The notes under the pieces: model-generated
What the model was told of the DNA's origin: nothing
The model's input: only the letters and a program-made list of their open reading frames with translations
Database searches by the model: none
In this document: positions 57,384-64,000 of the stretch, piece by piece
How positions within the stretch are numbered: the stretch's first letter is position 1
Layout of the letters: each line of letters opens with the position of its first letter
DNA from: an uncultured Chloroflexia bacterium
Lineage (GTDB): Bacteria; Chloroflexota; Limnocylindria; Limnocylindrales; CSP1-4
DNA: 64,000 nt
Reading direction: 5' to 3'
NCBI GenBank assembly: GCA_963845925.1
Contig: CAWJUA010000022.1
Location: forward strand, 145,863-209,862
Translations under genes and position numbers: made by a program

Positions 57384-60151
57384 CGTCGCCTCCTTGGGAC
57401 GGTCATTCTCCCGCCGATGGGTGGCGGCGTCTCAGGCGCCCGCCGGCCGCGGCGGTTCGTTCGTCGTGATGATCGGCGGGGCGTCGCTCGCCGAGCCCCC
57501 GCGGCCGGCCCGCCGCCGTCGACGTCGATGTCGTTGTCGACGATGTCCTTGGCGAGGCTGAACAGGACGATCGCGACGACCGCCCCGACCGTCGCCACGA
57601 GCCACGCGTCGCGCGAGACGCCCCACCAGCTCGAGCCCTCCGAGCCGAGCGCCACGATCGACGTCGCGGCGAACACGAGCAGCGTGAGGATCAGCCCCAG
57701 GACGTAGGGCCACGTCCGGACGGGCGACGTCGTGGGTGCTCGACGGAGGCCGCGCCGCTCGCGGCCGTCCCAGATGTCCCAGCGCCAGGTGCCCAGCCGG
57801 GCCAGCAGGTTGAAGAGAACGAGGACCGCGATCGCTCCGATGACGAACTGGTGGTTCGCGAGGTGGTTGTGGCCACTGTCGATGACCACGAGCACGATCG
57901 ACAGGGCGATCAACAGCATGCCGATGAGGACGGTGCCGAGGAACGCCGCCGAGACGAAGATCCCGACGCTCCTCGTGACATGGCCCATCTGGCCCTGCCC
58001 CAGCTTGGTTCCGCGCAGGAAGCCGCGCGCCGCGCGACCGGCGCCGCCGACGGCTGCAGCGAAGAGCCCGGCCCCGATCAGGAGCACGAACGGCCCCAGC
58101 GAAAGCCCCTCCCAGATCGCCGCCCGCTGCTCGGCGGTCAGCAGGATGAAGAACCCCGCGACGACCATCGCGAACGCCCCGATGCCGACCGCGTAGTCGA
58201 CGACCAGCAGGATGAACCGCGGCCCCGCCCCACGCTCCGAGTTCGACCACAACCGGTCGATCTGGCCCGGCAACAACGCGTTCGCGAGGAGCGCGATGAG
58301 GATCGCCTCGAGGGCCCACGTGCCCAGCGTGTAGAGCGGCGTCAGCAGGGAGTCGAACTGGAGGGCATTCGGGATGAGCGGGACGCCCTCCGTCGAAAGC
58401 CCGGCGATCCAGTTCACGAACCCGGCCGCCGCCTTGTCGACGATCTCGTTCCCGGGAATCAGCCCGAACAACTGCAGCGCGAGCTTTCCGAGCGTCGGGA
58501 CGAAGCCGGGCTCGCTGACCGTCGCCGCCGCGACGATCGCGACGAGCGGCAGCGACAGCAGTGCCCGCCGCCAGAGCGCGAGCAGGCCGACCCGCTCCTT
58601 TCGGCGGGACCGGAGGTAGGACTCGGCGCCGTCGCTGTAGAACCGCGAAGCGCCGCGGTCGCCGGTCGGGACGTCGAGCTCGCGCAGCAGCGGCACCACG
58701 AAGTGCTCGTCGTTGTCCCAGTAGCCGCCGTGGTCCTCGAGCAGCGACATCCGGTTGTAGACACGTTCGGCGGTGAAGCGCGGCCACGTGTCCTTGGTGA
58801 AGGTCTGCGGGAGCTGCGGCCGGCCCGACGGTGCGGGGTCGTCGGTGCCCCAGAAGTCGCGCCACTCGAGGTTGGGCTGGAGCCGGCCGATGTCGCCGGC
58901 CATCCGGTCGCCCGGCGGCGGCGTCGGTGGGGGATTGTCCGGGTCCGCGTCGTTCAGCCGCCAGCCGAGGTTGAGCGCCTCGCCGATCGTGATCAGCTTC
59001 TCGACCCGGAGGCCGGCGAAGGCCGGGTCGGTGAGCGTCGTGAGGCTGACCATCGTGCCGCCGGAGTGGGCAATGATCACGACATCCCGGCAGCCGTAGG
59101 CCCGGAGCGCCTTGATCGTCGAGAGCAGCCGGTACCGGACGTTCGCGCTCTGGCCGGCGTCACGGAGCAGCGTCCGGGCACCGCCGAACCAGTCGGTCAG
59201 GAAGCTCGAGGCCAGTCGCAGCACGACGGCATCCCGCAACGGCCCGAACGGGATGACCTTCGCGATTGCCAGCAGCAGGACGAAGAGCAGCAGGATGAAC
59301 GACGTCAGGACCGACACGATCGGCTGGAGGCTGATCCGGCCGAGGATCGCCCAGCGCCCGCTGAGCTTGTTCTCCTGGATGCCCTGGACGATTCGGCCGA
59401 CGCCGCCCTGCTCGCCGAGCCAGCTGATCATCGTCGCCAGTGACGGCGCCCGGACCTCCGACGCCCACCACGCCTCGGTGAACACCCAGGTCCGCTCCTT
59501 CGCCCGCGGGTCGTCGTCCGCGACGTCGCTCCGCCGCGGAACGCCGACCTGAATCACCGGGAACGTCTCGCCCGAGAAGTCGATGTTCGACTTGATCACC
59601 GGGTCGCGGACGGCCCCCGCGCTCGCGAGCGGCACGACGAGGCCCGGGTCCGCGGCCGGCGCGTCGCGCAGCAGCTGGATGATCGGGCGGGTCCAGTCGA
59701 GCAGGGTCTGGCCGGCGAGCTGCGGTCCGATGCCGTGGACGACGACGATCCCGGTCCGCTCCGGCCGCCAGGCGAAGTCGCGCTGCTTCTCGGGCCTGGC
59801 CGCGTTCGCGTCGGCGAGGGCCTTCGCGTATTCGGCGGCCGGCGGCGCCTTGACGGGCGGCAGCGAGCGGTTGCGCTTGTCGTCGATCGCCGGGTCGGCG
59901 GCCCGCTGGCGGCGGAGCGCGGAGGACGCCGTCGACCCGAGCGACGGCGCGGACGGGGCCGTGCGCTTCTCGCCGATCGGGAACTGCCAGGGCCGGTTGA
60001 CCTCGACGGCGGGCATCGGCTCCGGGAACCGGGCGCGCTCGCCCTCGAACAGCTCGCCGGTCGCGAGCTGCGTGTCGAGCTCCTTGTCGAGGGCGAGCCG
60101 GAGGGCGCGGTCGATCCCCGAGTCCGACAGGCCCGATCCGGTGAGGCTCAT
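57380..60151 (-). CDS. Large (923 aa) polytopic membrane protein with an N-terminal alpha/beta-hydrolase (lipase/esterase-like GHSxG) domain
   Basis: HG oxyanion box (GIVVVHGIGPQ). Nucleophile elbow (VVIIAHSGGTMVSL). A TM hairpin is inserted in the hydrolase domain and ~10 further TMS follow. A basic Arg-rich tail ends the protein. I recognise no named family. Confidence 0.7.
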   Translation of the reverse strand: MSLTGSGLSDSGIDRALRLALDKELDTQLATGELFEGERARFPEPMPAVEVNRPWQFPIGEKRTAPSAPSLGSTASSALRRQRAADPAIDDKRNRSLPPVKAPPAAEYAKALADANAARPEKQRDFAWRPERTGIVVVHGIGPQLAGQTLLDWTRPIIQLLRDAPAADPGLVVPLASAGAVRDPVIKSNIDFSGETFPVIQVGVPRRSDVADDDPRAKERTWVFTEAWWASEVRAPSLATMISWLGEQGGVGRIVQGIQENKLSGRWAILGRISLQPIVSVLTSFILLLFVLLLAIAKVIPFGPLRDAVVLRLASSFLTDWFGGARTLLRDAGQSANVRYRLLSTIKALRAYGCRDVVIIAHSGGTMVSLTTLTDPAFAGLRVEKLITIGEALNLGWRLNDADPDNPPPTPPPGDRMAGDIGRLQPNLEWRDFWGTDDPAPSGRPQLPQTFTKDTWPRFTAERVYNRMSLLEDHGGYWDNDEHFVVPLLRELDVPTGDRGASRFYSDGAESYLRSRRKERVGLLALWRRALLSLPLVAIVAAATVSEPGFVPTLGKLALQLFGLIPGNEIVDKAAAGFVNWIAGLSTEGVPLIPNALQFDSLLTPLYTLGTWALEAILIALLANALLPGQIDRLWSNSERGAGPRFILLVVDYAVGIGAFAMVVAGFFILLTAEQRAAIWEGLSLGPFVLLIGAGLFAAAVGGAGRAARGFLRGTKLGQGQMGHVTRSVGIFVSAAFLGTVLIGMLLIALSIVLVVIDSGHNHLANHQFVIGAIAVLVLFNLLARLGTWRWDIWDGRERRGLRRAPTTSPVRTWPYVLGLILTLLVFAATSIVALGSEGSSWWGVSRDAWLVATVGAVVAIVLFSLAKDIVDNDIDVDGGGPAAGARRATPRRSSRRTNRRGRRAPETPPPIGGRMTVPRRRR

Positions 60152-60265
60152 GCCGACCTATCTTGCAACGCCGTGTCTCGGGCCTGTCTCGCCGATGAGT
60201 TCCGCGGGGCCCGGGAGTCGGACAATCAGCGGCAGCCGACGCCGCCCCGAACCAGGAGGTCTCCC

Positions 60266-60664
60266 GTGGCAGCCCCCAACGTCGCCGCCTGGCCGAAGGC
60301 CATCAGCGCGATCACGCTCTTCGTCGAGGACCTCGCCGCGACGAGGGCGTTCTACCTGGAGGTATTCGGCCTGCCGGTCGCGTTCGAGGACGACGCCTCC
60401 GCGGTCTTCATGTTCGGCGAGACGGCGATCAACCTCCTCAAGGTCGGCGAGGCGCCGGAGCTGATCGCGCCCGCGCCGGTCGCCCCGCCGGAGGCCGGCT
60501 CGCGGTTCCAGTTCACGATCTCCGTCGACGACGTCGACGCGATGTGCGACGAGCTCCGACGCCGCGGCGTCGAGCTGCTCAACGGCCCGATGGACCGGCC
60601 GTGGGGCATCCGGACCGCGACGTTCCGCGACCCGGCCGGGCACATCTGGGAGATCGCGAAGTAG
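60266..60664 (+). CDS. VOC / glyoxalase family protein
   Basis: AGGAGG SD, then GTG at 60266. ITLFVEDLAATRAFYLEVFGLPV...GHIWEI. The upstream part of the track ORF is junk. Confidence 0.65.
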   Translation: MAAPNVAAWPKAISAITLFVEDLAATRAFYLEVFGLPVAFEDDASAVFMFGETAINLLKVGEAPELIAPAPVAPPEAGSRFQFTISVDDVDAMCDELRRRGVELLNGPMDRPWGIRTATFRDPAGHIWEIAK

Positions 60665-60691
60665 GCTGGGCCCTCCCAGGAGGAGTGCCCC

Positions 60692-61087
60692 ATGCAGCGT
60701 CACATCGTCCGCCCGGAAGGGCTCGCCGCGACCAGCGGCTACAGCCACGTCACGGAGTTCAGCGGCCGGCTCGTCGCGGTGTCGGGCCAGGTCGCGTGGG
60801 ACGCCGATGGCAACGTCGTCGGCCGTGGCGACGTCGAGGCCCAGGCGCGGCAGGTCTTCGCGAACCTCGGGACCGCCCTCGTGGCCGCCGGCACGGATCT
60901 CGCCCACGTCGTCAAGCTGACGGTCTTCCTGACCGACATCGGCGACGTCGCGACGGTGCGCCGCGTTCGCAACGAGTTCGTCGACCCGGCGTCGCCGCCG
61001 GCGAGCACGCTCGTCCAGGTCGTTGCGCTGGTCGACCCGGCGCTCAAGATCGAGGTCGAGGCCCTCGCGGTCGTCGAGGACGCCTAG
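60692..61087 (+). CDS. RidA (YjgF/TdcF) family reactive-intermediate deaminase
   Basis: Full-length RidA pattern (SGYSHVTEF..LVAVSGQVAWD..QARQVFANLGTALVAAGTDLAHVVKLTVFLTD..VR..F..PASTLVQV.AL). GGAGGAG SD. Confidence 0.85.
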   Translation: MQRHIVRPEGLAATSGYSHVTEFSGRLVAVSGQVAWDADGNVVGRGDVEAQARQVFANLGTALVAAGTDLAHVVKLTVFLTDIGDVATVRRVRNEFVDPASPPASTLVQVVALVDPALKIEVEALAVVEDA

Positions 61088-61217
61088 CCGGCTCGGACCT
61101 GCTCGCCGGACTCGAGCAGGCCGGTACGACCCGTCGTGGAGCACCTCGTCCCGGGATCAGGGACCGGCTGCGGGACGAGCGGTCGCCGGACCTGTCGACC
61201 GGCGACCGCCCATCGGA

Positions 61218-61400
61218 TCAGGTGTCGGCGTGGGCCGGGACCTGCGCGTAGTGGCGGTGGAAGAGCCAGACCCAGCCGGCGAAGCCGAGGCTCGCGACCG
61301 CCGGGAAGACGTACTCGCCGAGCCAGAGGTTGACGGCGACGTCGACCGCGACGACGGCCCACATGGCCCCGGCGACGGCGAGCACGAAGTTGCGAGACAT
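61218..61400 (-). CDS. Small two-TM membrane protein (60 aa)
   Basis: MSRNFVLAVAGAMWAVVAVDVAVNLWLGEYVFPAVASLGFAGWVWLFHRHY. Confidence 0.35.
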   Translation of the reverse strand: MSRNFVLAVAGAMWAVVAVDVAVNLWLGEYVFPAVASLGFAGWVWLFHRHYAQVPAHADT

Positions 61401-61518
61401 CGATCACCTGCAAGTGCGGAATCCCCGATTTCGCCACGGTAGCCGAAGGTACCGGTCGTTCAAGGCCCGGAAGTCCTATGTGGTTCGCCGCGGCAACGGA
61501 TTCGCGGGTCTCCCGCGC

Positions 61519-62283
61519 CTAGAGCGGGACGTCGAAGGGGCCGAGGAGCGGTCGTACCGACCGGGTGGCCGGCGGGCCGGCGACCGGCAGGACGAGCACG
61601 TACTGGCCGTCCTTCTCGACGTAGCGGACGGCGGGCCGGCGCCACGGCAGGAAGTCGGCCGCGAGCTTCGACACCGGGATCACGCTGTCCGGTCGCTGGC
61701 CGGCGCCCCAGATCGAGCTCGTCCGCGGATACCACGGGTCGACGACCCGGATGCTGTTCACCGTGAACCGCTCGCTCGTCGCCGGATTCGCGGTCGCCTC
61801 GAAGCCCGACATCACCCAGGCATGGGCGCCACGCCACATGAGCAATCCGACCGGCCGGCGGGTCAGCGCCATCGCCCGCACGGCCGTCGCGATGGCCTCG
61901 CCGCGTGAACGCACGGAGACGACGACGTACGGGCCCAGCCCCAGCTCGTTCAGCGCACCGGCCCAGCCCTCGGGCTCCGACCCCGGCCCGACGAGGCGGT
62001 CGCTCGAGAGCGAGCGGGCCAGGCGGTCGAGCTGGCGCTGCGAAGGCACGGCCGCGTCACGGGCGTAACCAGGCGTGATCAGGTTCGCCATCGTCTGGAT
62101 CGCCGCGGGGACGCACCAGTCGGCGCGGGCCTGCGAGACGAAGTCGCCGGGCTCGTAGAGATCGACGGCGAACGCGGTCCGCGCCCCGGCCGGCGCCGGC
62201 ACCGATACGAGGCCGGCGGCCGCGCAGACCAGGGCGGCGACGACGATCCGCCAGGCCGGCCGTCGCGCCGCGATCACTCCCAT
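61519..62283 (-). CDS. Secreted hypothetical protein
   Basis: Signal peptide (WRIVVAALVCAAAGLVSVPAPAGA), then a ~230-aa domain with protein-like composition. The longer track ORF begins upstream at an Arg-rich start. Confidence 0.5.
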   Translation of the reverse strand: MGVIAARRPAWRIVVAALVCAAAGLVSVPAPAGARTAFAVDLYEPGDFVSQARADWCVPAAIQTMANLITPGYARDAAVPSQRQLDRLARSLSSDRLVGPGSEPEGWAGALNELGLGPYVVVSVRSRGEAIATAVRAMALTRRPVGLLMWRGAHAWVMSGFEATANPATSERFTVNSIRVVDPWYPRTSSIWGAGQRPDSVIPVSKLAADFLPWRRPAVRYVEKDGQYVLVLPVAGPPATRSVRPLLGPFDVPL

Positions 62284-62297
62284 TCGCGGAGTGGGCG

Positions 62298-62966
62298 TCA
62301 GCCCGCGCGTAGCCGTTCGAGGCCGTCGAGGATCAGGTCGAGGCCGAAGGCGAATTCGACGTCGTCGTCGCACCGGCCAAGCACGCCTTCATGGCTGACC
62401 GACCCAGCGAGCTCCGCGATCCGCGGGAATTGACCGCTGAGGTACCGCGCTGCGATCGCGGCCTCCTCCGCCGTCGGGTCGGGCCCGGTCTCCTCGAACA
62501 GGTCCTGGGCGAAGCCGAAGATCCGGCTGCCGAGCAGGTGCAGCGAATGGTGCGCGAGCTCGAGCGAGAAGCCGCCGTCGCGCAGCGCTCCGAGGACGAA
62601 CTCGATGTGGACCATGCTGGCCGGTCCGCCCGTGCCGCGGTCCTCGATGACCCGGCGCGCCCACGGATGGCGGAGCATGACCGCCCTCGCGCTCATCGCC
62701 TGGGCGCGGACGGTGGCCTTCCAGTCGTCGCCCGGGGCGGGATGGTCGATCTGGCGAAGGATCGCCTCGAGCAGGCCATCGAGGAGGTCGTCCTTGTTGC
62801 GGACATGGCGATAGAGCGCCATCGCGTCGACGCCGAGCTCCTGGCCGAGCTTGCGCATGCTCAGAGCCTCGACGCCGCCTCGATCCGCGAGCTCGATCGC
62901 CACGCGGAGGACGCGCTCGCGCGTGAGCGGGGTTCGGCGCTGGGCTGGACTGGCTTCGCGGATCAC
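62298..62966 (-). CDS. TetR/AcrR-family transcriptional regulator
   Basis: HTH (RERVLRVAIELADRGGVEALSMRKLGQELGVDAMALYRHV). GTG at ~62966. Divergent from a DUF385 reductase gene. Confidence 0.8.
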   Translation of the reverse strand: MIREASPAQRRTPLTRERVLRVAIELADRGGVEALSMRKLGQELGVDAMALYRHVRNKDDLLDGLLEAILRQIDHPAPGDDWKATVRAQAMSARAVMLRHPWARRVIEDRGTGGPASMVHIEFVLGALRDGGFSLELAHHSLHLLGSRIFGFAQDLFEETGPDPTAEEAAIAARYLSGQFPRIAELAGSVSHEGVLGRCDDDVEFAFGLDLILDGLERLRAG

Positions 62967-63094
62967 CACGTCGCTGGACTGACTCCCGGGCTGGTTTGGG
63001 CGCTTGACAAGTGTAGGCCGATGTGGGACGTTTACGGCGTCGACTACAGTGTAGACTACGCTGTAGACACAGAGCCATATCGAGGAGACCCACG

Positions 63095-63568
63095 ATGACT
63101 GACGCCGCCCAGCAGCGCTCGCAGCCCATCCCGGCCTGGCTGATCCGCACGATCTGGACGCTCCACCGCGCACTCCTCCGGTTCAGCGCCGGGCGGCTCG
63201 GCCTGCGCCGTCCCACCGACACCACGTGGGGGATGCTCCGCCTGGAGACCGTGGGCCGCCGCAGCGGCCGTGTGCGGCGAGCGATCGTCGGCTACATCGA
63301 GGACGGCCCGAACATCGTGACGCCGGCGATGAACGGCTGGCTCGAGCCGGATCCCGCCTGGTGGCTGAACCTCCAGGCCAAGCCCGAGGCGACGGTCCTG
63401 TTGCCGGACGGGCCGCGGGCCGTCAGGGCGCGGGCCGCGGTCGGGGAGGAGCGGGACCGGCTGTGGCGGCGGTACGTCGATCTGGGCACATCGGCGTTCA
63501 ACGACAAGAGCGCGGCGTACAGATCGCACGAGACCGCGATCGTCGTCCTCGAGCCGCGGTCGGCGTAG
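63095..63568 (+). CDS. Deazaflavin (F420H2)-dependent oxidoreductase family protein (DUF385), divergent from TetR
   Basis: GAGGAGA SD, then ATG at 63095. RLETVGRRSGRVRRAIVGYIEDGPNIV..WWLNLQA.P is typical of PF04075. Confidence 0.75.
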   Translation: MTDAAQQRSQPIPAWLIRTIWTLHRALLRFSAGRLGLRRPTDTTWGMLRLETVGRRSGRVRRAIVGYIEDGPNIVTPAMNGWLEPDPAWWLNLQAKPEATVLLPDGPRAVRARAAVGEERDRLWRRYVDLGTSAFNDKSAAYRSHETAIVVLEPRSA

Positions 63569-63614
63569 CGTCTTGTCGCGCGAGGCCGCCGCGCGACGCC
63601 CGGAGACGGGAGGG

Positions 63615-64000
63615 CTACCCGGCCCCCAACGCGGCCACCGCCGCCGCCGCGCCGCCGACGAGCGGCTCGCCGTGACCGACGAGCAGCGTCTCGAACGCGA
63701 GGCCGCCCAGCTTGGCGATCGACCGTTTCGCCTCGTCCATGTCTGCGGTGGCCTGGGGCGGGGGAAGGACCGGCTTGCCGCCGTCGGTGCGCATCGCGTC
63801 GCCGACGACGAGCAGCCCGGTCGCCGGGTCGAGGACGGAGATGCTCCCCGCGGTGTGGCCCGGCGTCGTCACGACTCGTAGCCCGAACACCGCGTCGCCG
63901 TCGCCGACCGCCGCCAATGGCCGCGGCACGCTGATCACCGGGATGTCCTCGCGCCGGCGTAGCCGGCGACGTCGGGCGCGCGGTCCATGACGTCGGCCGC
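63615..64000 (-). CDS. MBL-fold metallo-hydrolase, C-terminal part (gene continues beyond the window end)
   Basis: VVTTPGHTAGSISVLD..LLVVGDA...ETLLVGHGEP is a C-terminal MBL motif. The reading frame stays open to position 64000. Confidence 0.7.
   Translation of the reverse strand, partial: GRRHGPRARRRRLRRREDIPVISVPRPLAAVGDGDAVFGLRVVTTPGHTAGSISVLDPATGLLVVGDAMRTDGGKPVLPPPQATADMDEAKRSIAKLGGLAFETLLVGHGEPLVGGAAAAVAALGAG

Noticed and set aside
57432-58865. 477-aa minus-strand ORF inside the membrane-hydrolase gene
   Set aside because: Off-frame translation of the 923-aa gene (R/G/P-rich), not an independent gene.
1-64000. Search for rRNA, tRNA, CRISPR arrays, IS elements, integrases or phage genes
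   Set aside because: I saw no tRNA-like T-loop/acceptor patterns in intergenic regions, no regularly spaced direct repeats and no transposase, integrase or phage-structural homologues. GC content and codon bias are uniform, so nothing suggests a mobile or horizontally acquired island.

Overview
High-GC (about 70-72%) chromosomal segment that looks like an Actinomycetota genome. Markers are deazaflavin/F420-type DUF385 reductases, a principal SigA-like sigma factor, SARP/BTAD, WYL and PAC2 genes, and GTG/TTG starts behind GGAGG-type ribosome-binding sites. I call about 65 protein-coding genes, densely packed. I found no rRNA, tRNA, CRISPR array, transposase or IS element. Content is mostly housekeeping and envelope functions: greA, a DEAD-box helicase, sigA, transporters (MFS x2, NhaP, ClC, EamA), regulators (LuxR, ArsR, MarR, TetR, WYL, OmpR/HK, and a very large STAND-TPR-SARP regulator), peptidases (M14, M3, YpfJ-like, clan-CD-like) and several VOC/MBL/amidohydrolase enzymes. 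Two points deserve most attention. (1) A tight plus-strand operon (40.4-45.7 kb) encodes a small Thr/Ala-rich exported protein, an ApbE flavin transferase, a di-haem ferric-reductase-like membrane protein, a NuoF/RnfC-like NADH-binding FMN/Fe-S protein, a ferredoxin and an OmpR/HK pair. Together these look like a minimal trans-membrane NADH -> haem b -> extracytoplasmic flavoprotein electron-transfer module. (2) At least 11 clearly homologous genes are split across reading frames by single-base indels, several at homopolymer runs, and the big regulator has five or more. This points to uncorrected indel errors or locally heavy pseudogenisation, and it affects every ORF-based call in the window. 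Other items noted: a 923-aa polytopic membrane alpha/beta-hydrolase operon, a lipase-maturation-factor/CrtI-like oxidoreductase/P450 cluster, a DUF2089-DUF4097 envelope-stress-like module driven from an AT-rich sigma-70-like promoter island, and several perfect palindromic operator candidates, including one carrying back-to-back TTGACA boxes upstream of sigA. All coordinates include the stop codon. Frameshift positions are approximate.
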